From the NCBI GenBank assembly GCA_032718475.1, contig JAUCBJ010006704.1, positions 1 through 64,000 of the forward strand: a stretch of DNA of 64,000 nucleotides, read 5' to 3'. Made by a program: the position numbers and the translations under genes. Under the pieces are notes generated by a model, which did not search any database, was not told the DNA's origin, and saw only the letters and a list, made by a program, of their open reading frames with translations. Shown here piece by piece: positions 1-12,100 of the stretch (positions within the stretch are counted from its first letter, which is position 1; each line of letters begins with the position of its first letter). The DNA is from Nemertoderma westbladi. Its lineage: Eukaryota; Animalia; Xenacoelomorpha.

Positions 1-199
1 CGCCACACTTTGAGGAGCCCAGACTCCGCACACAAACAGATTGTAATTAACACCTCCAACCTCGATCCACATGCTGTCCAGGTGACCATGTGATACTGTG
101 ACCTCTCATTTGATGCTCGATGGTCCAACCATGGAAGTGATAAGGTCGCCAGAAACCTCACGGATCTCATCATAGCGCTTAACCACTAGACCCCTAGAC

Positions 200-2830
200 T
201 TGCTGCTTAGTGGCATGTGATGTCGAGAACTCACCACCACAACCTCCACACCTCGCTGGAATACCTGGTGGGACTAAGGCATATCTGAGGGATATACCAT
301 CCCTAAACTCTTCAGCACTGAGATTCGTGTGGTCTATCACGGATGGCTGGGTGGTGAGCCAACCACCAGTCGCTGCCCGTTCAATGGTTCTACGGCAGCT
401 GGGTGGAAACTGATCAAGTGCTACATCTCATTTATCGAGGTAGGTTTCCTAGAGATGCTCCTTCGAGTCCTTGACTTCCAGTGCCATCTCTTGCACATGC
501 TCCAGCCTCTGGAGCGCTCTGTGCCCTAACGTACAGCATCGACTACCAGTGACGTCCCCTTGGCGAAAGTAGTTTTGGCTTGTTCACGGCAAAGCAGGGG
601 ATTGCCAATGCCGCCATGGTGGGCTGTGAGTTGAACACTATCTTCCTCGGCAGTCCTGAGCTGAGTACCAAAGAGAGTGGGCACGTCGCTTTCCTTGAAG
701 ATTGTGGACATCACATGGATGGCTGGCTTCATGAAGTCTGGTCTACGCACTCCACAGTTCCGCATCTCCACCAACGGGTGCAGCACTACCACACAGTGCA
801 TTCAAAAGATGCAAGACCTGCTGGCCTGTAATATCGACCTCTACGAGTGGGGGGAGTACCTGCCTGACATATGGTTCAAATTTGTCCTGGGACACATCCA
901 GCTGAGTCGTTTCCCCCCGAGCACATTGTGAACTGTGACACCAGGTTGTGACCTTCGGCATGGGTTTTGGGGTTGAGGTCCCACCACAATCCCTGTCAGT
1001 CACCATGCATACAGCAGAGCGGTTCATTCCGGCAAGGATCTTTTGCGGTTGAACATCTGTGCTATCTGCAGATGATTGATCTGCAGTTATCTTTGTTGAC
1101 TTCTTTAAGGCCTTTGATTCAGTCAGTCTCTCGCTCAAATATGTTCAGCATAATTTCATTATGGGATTGCTGATGAAATTACTGCAGCAATCAGTTCAGT
1201 ATGCGATGGTTCAAAACATTTGTGTCTACTGTCGATGGTGACACAGAACTATTTGAAGTATTATGGGGAGTCCTCCAAGGAGACACACTTGCGCCATTCT
1301 TGTTCATAATTGTGGTTGACTATGTTTTATGCATGTCCTTAGATCATCATAATGATGATGGGGTGATGGTAACTCCACCCATTGGCTCCAGAAGTCGAGG
1401 AAATCCTGCCATGTACTTAACTGATCTAGTATAACTATACTCTCAGAATCACTAGAGGGAGCCCAACGGCTCCTCGGCTCATTAGAACAGGGTGCTTCTA
1501 GTGTTGGTCTTTTTATTAACTCCAAAAAGAAGAACATTTTGACAGTTAACTTTGAAAGTCCCCAGCAAGTCTCTGACTGGATGAGCATAAGCTCAAAGGA
1601 TGGTATGCTTGAGCATATGGACGACTTCTGTTACCTGGGATCATGGATCCGGAAGTCAGGTGAAGACCTTCGAATATGTAAGGAAAAGGCATGGGCAACC
1701 TTGAATAGGCTTTTTAGGATTTGGAAGTCACAGATAATTAATCAGAAACTTAATGTCCGATTATTTAGAGCAGCAGTAGTTCCAGTACACCTCTATGGGA
1801 GTCCATGCTGGGCACTAACTGCTGAGGACACCAAATCTCTGGATGGCACATTCACAAGAATGCTACGCCTGGTTCATTGTGTAAAGTACAAATGCACACA
1901 TCTCCAACCACACACTATATAACATTGGAGGATTCTCATTGGTTGCCCCAGGCTTGACACTACAACAAAGTCGCCTCCATTTTGCAGGACATTGCTTTCA
2001 CCGTGAGTACCAGCCAGTGCATAATCTTCTGCTTTGGCAGCCCCATGGAGTGAATAAGCATGGTGGACCTGGACAGCCCATGACTTTCTTGAGACGCATC
2101 TTAAAGGACACTGGCCTTGAAGATGCGGATGATCTAGCAAATGTCATGGGTGCTGGGAGTTGTGGTGGCGTAATTTTGTCGACAAGCTGGCACAGCATTC
2201 TTAATAATGCAGATGCAGTGCAGCATGCCGATCCTAGTAGTAGTAGTAGTAGAAGCGATTGAACATCCACGCTGTGTTATCTGTGGATGATTTAAACCCA
2301 TTTGGGAACTTGGTGGAACAGCACTCTGTTTCAGTGATGAGTGCTTCAAACTCAGTGAACTCCCACATCCTGGTGCACCTTAGGATTGTCCTCTGCACGT
2401 CAGGGCTCTTCTTCAAGTCTGGTTCCCTCTGGAAGAGCAGCACAATGCAACACAGTGGGCGATCCGACGGCCAGTCGTCCCAGGTCAGCCCTCCAGTTTG
2501 TTAGTGATTAGGTCAACCACCTTTCGGCCCACGTTTCCCCCAGGAACGATACAGCATCTGCCTGGAAGTTGGGCGAGTCGAGAGTGATGGTATTCCCACA
2601 AGGGATTGGTGGAAGCCTTGGGGGATGTTAAGCCACACCCCACCGATCACGCCTTGCCTCACCTTGATCTGCTCAGTCGCTTTAGTGGGTGTCAAACGGC
2701 AATTGCCCACGGTGGTAACCAAGTGCGCTCTGAGGAATGTGCGGGCACTGACACTGGAGCACTGACACTGACAACGGACTCACCACATGCACAGATTGAC
2801 TGCCTGCTCCGAAAACTGGTGGAGGCATAA
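200..2830 (-). mobile_element. Degenerate CRE-like (restriction-like endonuclease type) non-LTR retrotransposon remnant, split by an RTE insertion at about 1060-2251
   Basis: Minus-strand fragments such as RAATGGWLTTQPSVIDHTNLSAEEFRDG (about 300-385) and QLTAHHGGIGNP (about 600-640) resemble the C-terminal half of CRE-like RT proteins and the copies at 33870-34845 and 36340-36850. Many stops; boundaries approximate. Confidence 0.55.
1060..2251 (+). mobile_element. Old 5'-truncated RTE-clade LINE (RT pseudogene) with (AGT)n tail
   Basis: Fragments DFFKAFDSVS, GVLQGDTLAPFLFIIVVDY, DFCYLGSWI, RLHFAGHC and LLLWQPHG are homologous to the RTE ORF at 49574-52620. Ends in tagtagtagtagtag at about 2235-2251. 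Confidence 0.85.
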
Positions 2831-2979
2831 CGATGGATTTATTGCACGGGTTTAAACAAGTTCCGGTAGAATTTTTTCGTAATATCAAAAATTATTTTAA
2901 AATTATTTATTACAGCTCTCTATTTTCAATAGATTTCTATTCACATTGGTATTATTATTAAATTAGTATATGAACTTAC

Positions 2980-3106
2980 ATTTGAATCCTCATCATGAAC
3001 TAGTTTCACAGATGATATTCTATCCCCCAAGAAATTCCCCAAGTTGCCATGGTGCGAATATTTACCCACAGATAAAGTTTTCTGGACACCGCCGTAGTCA
3101 CGTTTT
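2980..3106 (-). CDS. Crystallin-repeat gene exon 11
   Basis: Acceptor TTCACAG|A; KRDYGGVQKTLSVGKYSHHGNLGNFLGDRISSVKLVHDEDSN, then a strong GTAAGT donor. If unspliced it reads VSSYTNLIIIPM to a TGA at 2941-2943, with AATAAA near 2900. Confidence 0.85.
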
Positions 3107-6100
3107 CTGTGAAATAATATCGAAAAATTATTTTCCCAGGGGTAGTAAATCAGTTAGGGTTTAAAACATACCATACATGCAACCAAGTGAAAAATAAATA
3201 TTGCATTAACTTTGTGTTATAATAAATTTAAAATCTAGTAGCATTTAATATGTTGACAAATTAAATTTCATAATTAATAATTAAACTTCATAATAGAAGT
3301 TAGGAAAACAAATGCTGCGGTAGCTCTATCAAAAATGGATACCATCTGGAAATCAGATTTATCCAGGCACCTGAAGACTAAGTTCTTTCGAGCCACACAG
3401 TGGGAAGTGTATTTTTAAATGGGGGTGAGACCTGGACACTGGTTAAATCACTTGACCAACGAATTGAAGGTTGCTACACTAGAATACTAAGGGCAGCCCT
3501 AAACATCAGCTGGAGACAACACATGACAAACGCCGAGCTTTATGGTACAATACCACCTGTATCAACCACCCTCCTTGAACGCAGATTAAGATTCAGTGGG
3601 CAATGCTGGCGAAGGAAGTAAAGACGAGGTCATACCAGATCTACTTCTCTGGCAACCAACTCATGGAAAGCGTAGTCGTGGACGACCGGCCATAACATAT
3701 ATAGATCAACTTGAAAGGGATACTGAACTTGGGAGAAACGAAATTGCGACAACTATGGAGAATCGGGAAGCCTGGAAAGATCTCATTTCCACTGTCAGAG
3801 TTCGCTCGACCTACTTTAGTAGTAGTAGTAAATTAAATTTACTTTCTTCCAATTACAATAGTACCACTTATATCAGGACTGGTACCAGGTATCACGATTT
3901 AAAATTCATTTTAAACACTGACATACTGACTAACAGGGGGCTATTGTATATATATAAAATAAACAGGTAAAACCTGGAGTCTTACTCGGGTTAGTGTGCG
4001 ATGCATACCTGTATGTTGAGTAGATTTAATATATATTTGTGTTTTTTGTTTATGTTGTTTGTTTGTATTGTTTTGCGGTTTTTGATGGCCCTAGTGGCTG
4101 AGTACTATTTTGGGTGTTAATGTCCTGATTCTATGTTTTTTGTTAGTTTGTGGGGTGTAAGACTCGAGGTTTTTCCTGTTTATTTTATATTAATTTGTTA
4201 TTACAATGATAGTACACTGGAGTTAGTAACGTTTTCAGTAAATCAATTGTGCCATGGTATCCATAGGGCTACCGTTAAAAAATAGAAAAAACTGTAAGGA
4301 ACTTATTTTTACTAAACTTAGAAGAAGCCGCCTTCATTGTTAGTCATTTTGTTAACATTAAGATTACAAAACTCCTGAGAAATTAAGATTCCTTTCAAAC
4401 CACAGAAGTTCAATATAATAAGAAATATAACATTAATTCTCTGGATATATCTGTAAGTTATTTTCTTGATTTATGCTCTCTGAGGTGTGCAAAGAGTTTG
4501 GAAGAAACCAGCAGTCTCTGATGATGATCGTACTAAGGTGTAGTCCAGCAGTGGTCTGGAAATCATACCAGTTGAATATTTCCTTAAAAGTGGTGAGTTA
4601 ACTGTGTTTTCTGTGTATCTGTGTAGTCACAGCTGCTGCTGTGCAGCCTAAAGCACTGTTCTGCATGAGCCCTTACAATTGAGGAGACCAGATCCCCGGA
4701 TGCTTCATATACAAGAGATTGTTGTATAGGGAAGACAATGGTGGATATTCCATGGAGTAACTTTTTCCCAAAATATAGATCTGCTAGACTGTCACGGCCC
4801 TTGTATAAATAATACAGAATCAATTAAGAAATAATATACCGAATCATATGAATTTTGAACACAAGATGACATTGGTTTTTATTTCATCTCTAATCATACC
4901 ATATATGGTAATAGTTTACAGAGGGGTTGGCACTCCTCAGCTCAATAAATTGAGAGGGAGAATATTATAGGTTGTAAAGTAGAAACTAGTGCCAGTACAT
5001 GTATACAAGGTGATGTTGCCTTGGAGCACTTTGGGGTTTCATTGGATAAGTTATGTATGGCTAATGAAAAGGAAGCACTGGTTACTAGGGCTACTTGTAG
5101 ATTATTGTTTTAACTTATTACTGATTATTATTGATTGATTGATTAAATTTACAAGAATAATTTTTAAAGTTTGCAGTTGAGTTAATGGACAATAATGTGG
5201 GTGAAAGTTAACTAGTTGGAGATGAATATTAATGTGAATTCATTGAAAGGAAATTTTGGCTTGACAAAATATTTCCTTCTCTAATCCTATCTAGGTTAAT
5301 TCTTGTGGAAACGAGGCCATTTTGTAATACCGAAGCTCTAAAACTCGACTACAATAAAAGTAATATTTATATTTGTATACCTTACACATTGCTCTAGGCT
5401 CACAGCGTTCAAAGTAAAAAGCCTGACAATAGAAACATACATATATAAAGAATAAAGTAAAGTTATATAAGAATAAAGAATAAAGTTAATGGGTCTATAT
5501 AAATAAGGAAATTTATACTAATAAAATTGTATACTAAATAAAATCATTATAGCGAATATTTTTTTTAAATATTACTCAGATATAAGGTAACTTGATACTC
5601 ATGTACCATGTTGCGGAGACAATAGTGCCATGATTGTTTGCAAATTGTTACTACGCAATTACACCGTTTATATAGTTTTTTTATGTTTATATATATATTG
5701 TGCATTTAATTAATGTGTAATTGTGTTATTTTGTTTTTATAGTTGTTAATAACATACTTTATAACCTTGTGCTATAACAATTTCCTGGCTTCCACATGTA
5801 CAGTACAGATGTGGTGGCCCTCAGGTACTTTCCTTCGATGGTTGTTGCACGCTCATTGGAGACTGGACTTGACAAAACCACCGAACTTGGAAAGTTTATG
5901 GCTGGCATAGTAAGTTTGGGTGGCATTAATTCTCAAGTTCCCGATAAATTTGATTCTTTAAATAAAATCTATGTTCACATAAGTGAACTGAGATATATTA
6001 TTTTTTAAAAATAGGCATATAAATATATATAATTGCGACTAACTCTGCTAGTAACCATGTCCCTGAAGTAATTATGGCAGAAGAGATCCTGTCATGGAAT

Positions 6101-9100
6101 CCGAAGTCATGGAGATTGGGTTCGCTGTGATCCAAAGTAATAGAACCCCCACAGAAGTTGGGATGCTGAAAGAGTGCTATGTAGGAACCAGTACCATCTA
6201 GTGCGGTCAATGCCCTCACGCTAGGCAAATAGTAATAAAAATAATAATGTTGATGTTAATTACAATACAATAATGGGTTACAATAAACAATGTCTACGAA
6301 AAGTTAGAGAGTTACATGGTTACATTGAGTGTATGATCTTGGATTAAAGTTAAGTTGACTGCAAAGTGACCTATTTGGCAACATGTTGAACCACATTGAC
6401 TGAAGTTTAAATCCAGGCGGTTTCAATGTGTGGTATCTGGACATTGGGAACTTGGTGGATACCTATCGCGCGAGTAATAGTGGTGTAAGACCTCACATAA
6501 CGTTGAGTCGGTTTTAAGTGTGAGCTCTATATCAACCCACAAAGAGTGATATCTTCTCCCTCAGAGCTTATAGTCCCACTGCTCTCACCAGATGGGGGGG
6601 GGGGGGGTGTCTGGATGCATTAAAAATTCATCCCTCTCCAGGGGAAATTTGATGCAAATAGCTGATTACTCGCAAAAATAAAACTGTAACCTGTTCTATT
6701 GTGTTTAGTTTATTATTTTGGTTAAAATAACGTGCCACTGCAACCTGCTCCTTTCCCTAAATAGAGAATTTAACTTTGAGGTGGGATATCATTTCGCCAA
6801 GATGGGATTTTCGTCCAGTTCCCATCATGGTCTCACAGTCACATAATCAATCATGAATAAGTTCAAAACCAGACTCATCTGAGATGCAGATCCCAGCACT
6901 ATCCCCTCCTTGGAGAAGCTCACAGGAAGCATGCATGAGGGTTGATGCGAAAATATCTTGCCTCTATGACAAACTTGCTCAGTGACCTTCTGATGAAGTA
7001 TGACTCAAAACCTGAGTTCAGTCCCCAGCACAAATGCAGGTATGGTCTCGTGCTTCTAACTTCAGCAGCTATCTGTGTCACTCTCTCTGTGAGGTTTCCA
7101 CACTTCCCCCAAACACCCTCTAATCCTGGCATTCTCCCTTCTCTCCGCTACCACTATGATCGATAGCTCTATGTCGACCGATATTATTCACCTGGTTTTG
7201 ATGTAACTACCACTTCATGGACCATTACTAAGGGAAAATATACAGGGAAAATTAATTTACTTTAGATGGATGATATCATTCCCATCAGCTTTCTGGGCCT
7301 CAAACTAAATTACGCATATTCTAGAATTCCAACGTCACGCCACCTCAGTTCAAGGTCACTGAGACTGCTCACACTGCGGTAGAGACATACAAAAAGGCTC
7401 TAACAGGAATTGCTTTGCTAATTTCGCAACATTTCTGAAGTTTAGATATTATCAACCAATTAATGATATTCAATGTTTAAAATTACATTTTAAGAAATAA
7501 AGCTTTAATTTTTTTTAATATTTCAATTTTCGAATAAAAGTTCAAACTCCAAATCGTAATCTATCACTTTATAAGATGACAATTATTGTCTCTAATAAAA
7601 TACTCGTTATTGCTGGCTACTTGAAATGCTCGTTCTGTATTTTTATAAAAGTATCAAATATTTATGACGCTTAGATTATGAACTATGAAGTAAATAGTTA
7701 TATATTAAATTAATATATCTTCATATTGTATATTTTAGACTTGCAGCTACTAACCTTGAAATAGTATTATCCCGAGGACCACTTGTACCCCAGCTTATAG
7801 GCTCAGGGTAATCACCTGGTCCAATTACCGAAGGCCTTCCGCAAAAGTTATCCTCATAGATGATCCACCTTAATAAAAATAAATATGACATGACGAAATA
7901 AATTTAGTGAATGTCTAATGATGTTATACTGTATGTAAATGTTATATGTTATATGAGATACGAAGTAGAATTATGTCTAAACCTTTGTCAGCTACAAAGT
8001 TTGTAACCTACCCTTAGTCAGTTTAACATTGCTTTAGTTCCGCATCCAATATATTCATTCATGTCTGATACCTTTTGTGCCGGATTACTTACGTATTTAT
8101 TTTACTCGATTGAGAGTTATGTCCCATAATTTGAAAATTGAGACTGGAAGGTGGTTAAGGCTGTCGAGAGAGAACCGTGTGTGTCGCTGTGATAACCAAT
8201 CGGTGCAGACAGAGACACACGTTCTTAACTTCATTGTCCCAATTCCAAACCGTTTCGTGTTACCCCCTATTTTCACACTAATCTTATTTTTTTCATCATT
8301 ACCGGAATTTTTTCAGAGTAAGGAATTATGTATGTAATGTGTAAGTATATAGAGCGTGTTTTAGATAGTATGGATTAATTAAATTAGGTAAGAATATATT
8401 AGTTTGGATTATATTAATTAGGATTAAATTGTTTGTATTTGAAGTCATAATAACTGGACGATATTTTTTATTGCCGTAATTGTTTATTTGTAAATGGTTG
8501 TTTTGGTCTGTGTACGCGCTTTTGAAGACCTTTAGCAGTTTAACCTGCCAAAATTTATATGTCTTTTGATTCATAAATATACTTTAGAAGATGACAAATA
8601 TTTAATACCAATAAACACAACATTAGCAGAAGCCAGCCTAGTGCGCGTCCATTCACCCGCTGGATAATCCCGGGAGACTGGATTCTGTCGGCTTAGATTA
8701 TTATTGCAGTGAAGCTTACGGTATTGTATTATTCGATTGATCGTTAATAATTAATTTCTGACTAATATTATTCACTTTCGGGAAATATTAACCGTTCCTT
8801 TAGGACGTGGCGCTCTATCTAAGTAAACAGAGCTATGACTTATACTAATCACAACGGTAAGTCGGTAAGGCTTATGATTCACGTATGAGGCGCATTCTTT
8901 AGGAAATGCCTAGTTATCAGCCACAATCATGCACACTATCAGTAACACACAATACTGCTCACTAATTTGCCGACCGTCAATGAATTTTATCATATATAAA
9001 GAGAATAGCAACGGACCAATGTAGTGCTTATCAAATAGCATTGAATTCAATACACACCACAATAATATAAGTCGCAATCGCTATAAATATAACCCGCCTC

Positions 9101-12100
9101 TCTAACCTGTAGTGTATCAAGAAAATTGGGAAATTTGGGTTCTTTATAAATGTTCTCCAGATAATATTCAATCAACTGATATAAAATATGACAACAGTAA
9201 AAACATTAAGACGGTAGGTTAAGATATGATATATTGGAAGAGACGGTAACAATACCTGCAATATCCTACTGTAAAGTTTGTAAATCAAATCATAAATCCG
9301 ACCTTCTCACCAAAACAGTAAACTCTAAGCAAGCGAATATATTGCAGTATCGATCTCTTATAACCGGTGAGGCAGAAAACAGTCTACGAGCAGACAAACT
9401 TCGATAAAACAAATCCCGCGCAGCGAATCCTAAAATCAGGCTGACTCACTGACGGACTAAGGGGCTCGTATACTTTGCCGCGGTGTGATTTATATGGTTG
9501 GGCGAAGAGACGCTAGCTAGGTACAGGCAGAGATTTGGAGATGTCTAACTAGCGGGCAAAGCACAGTACGGACAAAGTTAATTTTATATATTTTGAGGTG
9601 TAAATAATTTCTAACGCGCGTGTGTTAATTCTGAACGGTCAAAACAGTTTTGCTCCTTCACATATATAATTACTGGGTACGGTGTGCATTTTACGAATAT
9701 TCTAATTTTATAACTTGTAGGTCCAATACTCACGAATGATAAGGTTCCTTCCCCTCTTGCGTATTTCCAGGACTCAAATTCAGGCATAAGGTTAATACTA
9801 CGCCCAGAATTCGGCAATTTTAGGTACCAGGTCCCTGATACTAAGAAGAGATGTGTTAGTTTACTACTGTAGGCGTACGGGTACTAATAGCTATCCTGGC
9901 TCCTATCTAGAATTTTAGTCACCCAGGTAGTCCGGGTAACTTCCTATTAGGGCGTTGGCGGGGACACGGTAGATGTTAGTATATCCCTAATAGCCTCAAT
10001 TTATTTGCGCCTAGTACGTAAACTGCCCTACCGCCCGAACGGTACAATCCCAATTCAGGTGAAAACACAGCAACCCCCTAACCTACAAGTTCTAATGCAA
10101 TGGACACTGTCGTACTGCAAATAGTCGCACACACACCTGTACTTAGCAAGAGTTAAGCGTACAGTTTGCTGCACCCTAACCAATGTGTATGCCTTGTACC
10201 GGTGTGCCTACGTCCTATCTGCGTACTAGTATCTGCCTGCGCTCTCTCTCCCCCCCGTAGGAATGTGAAGGTCTACTGTGGGTTTTCCTGAATCAAGACA
10301 GTACAGTCCCTATGATGTAATTTTGGGCTTACAGCGTGTCACTACGTCTACCTTTTGATCTTTTGGTCTTATACTTAGGTAGCAAGGATCGAACGCTGTC
10401 TAACCTTTCAGGCGATGGGCGAATAACTCTAAATGGTATTGCGGGTTGTCTCTCGTCTACATTCCCGTGATGTTCCCGTTCATTGCTGCGGCCCGATCTC
10501 TAGCCGGCCATCCTGTCCCTGAGTTTGTTCACCGTAGTGAATCCATAGTAAAACAGATAGAAAAGCTGAGAGAATATTCTGACTTTATTACAGAAGATTA
10601 TAATAATATGTACAATGTAATCTGAAATAAACTAAGCACAACAGAATATTGATAAGATAATCTGTGAAGTAGAAGTGAAATTGAGAGATTGATAACTAAT
10701 GAACAAATCGCACCTTTATATAGCAAATTTGTGCCGCAATCAATCGAGAAAATTCTCGATTGTTCTATAGATTCTAACAAGGTTTTAAAGATAGCTATTG
10801 GTCCAGCTAATATATAACTTGCACGACATTGGTTACAATCAAATAACTACAGCCTCATTGGTACAGACAAATGCAATTAATTTGTAGCGGTTAATTTAAA
10901 CGAGTTGAAATTCTGTACAAAAAATAATTCGCACTTACTAGGATTCGAACTCGATACCTACTACACATATAATTTCCAACGCTCTACCAACTGAGCTACT
11001 GAACCACTTGACCGATAGATGTACAAATGATAGAACCAATACGAATGAGAACTCAAAGCAATCTTTACAAAGTTAATTCGAATAAAATAAAAATTTTGAA
11101 AATCCACGGCATTTAGGGAATATAATTCTATATGATATGAAACAACAGTGATATGCACTGATGTGGACCGATAACAGTTATACGCTCTATAATCTTAAGC
11201 CTACTAATGTTTCTTCTAAAGTATGAAACGAATTAACTCTAGAGCCGGTGTTTCTGGCTTAGACAGCAATAACAACAAAGTATCAAGTAAAAACAGTAAG
11301 ACTGAACACTCTCCTTATGATCGGCCGAAAAGCTACACGTCGACAGGAAAAATCGCTCTGATTGGCTCAAGCCAAACAAAGAACCATGCGTCCAATGGCT
11401 GTTTCCATGTCAGCAACCAGCTGTTAGATGTCGTAATATGAATCATCACGGCTAAGCTGTGAAAGGTATTTGGTGCATTGTAGGTTTTTTGCCTTACCAT
11501 GTCCGCCAAAACACGTATATAGCAGAATGACTTTTATGTCCGTTAAAACACCTATAACGGTACCTTGCGGGCGAGGGGAATATATATACAATTAGAGAAC
11601 CTTTTTAGAGTATTCCAGCGCCTGGGGGGAAACTGGATTGCGAAGCAAAGGGGCCAGTTATATCCCACAGAAGCTTTTACACCGCTCCCAGAAAATGGGA
11701 TTTGTGTCTATGAAATATACAAAATCACAGTTTCTAATATACGTAAATACTCTAAACAGTTAGTCTTTTTTGCGCGGACGGCGTTTACGCAGTTTTTTAA
11801 AGCTAGCCAGAGTCCTTTTCTCTTTGGGGCGAGCCACTTTACAAGGAGGGCTATAACTCCTGGGTGAAGGGTGCAATATGATTGCATCAGAGGGTATAGG
11901 ATTATGGTCGGTGTATCCGCCAGTCGAAGTACCGGGTTGATTGACATCAACGTCGGGGGAGAGGGGTCTAACGGCTTTGAGAGCGCGTTTTAAGACAGCT
12001 GCTCTTACGGGTCCTTTACGAGTGGTCTGAACGAGAGCCGTGGGTGGACCATAGGCAGTCAGAAACCTCCGGGGTTTAATGGTTCTTTCCAACTCGCGTT

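Noticed and set aside
140-200. tRNA gene on the minus strand (GGTCTAGTGGTTAAGCGC)
   Set aside because: Only an A-box-like half is present; at most a decayed SINE head.
5853-5955. Candidate crystallin exon after exon 10 (IKFIGNLR...)
   Set aside because: It lacks the motif signature; the exon at 2980-3106 fits phase and motif far better.
10932-11005. Functional tRNA gene
   Set aside because: Acceptor, anticodon and T stems do not pair; kept only as tRNA-derived.
11223-11441. Identical 72-aa ORF occurring twice (also 28416-28634)
   Set aside because: It lies within the duplicated LTR; no coding features.
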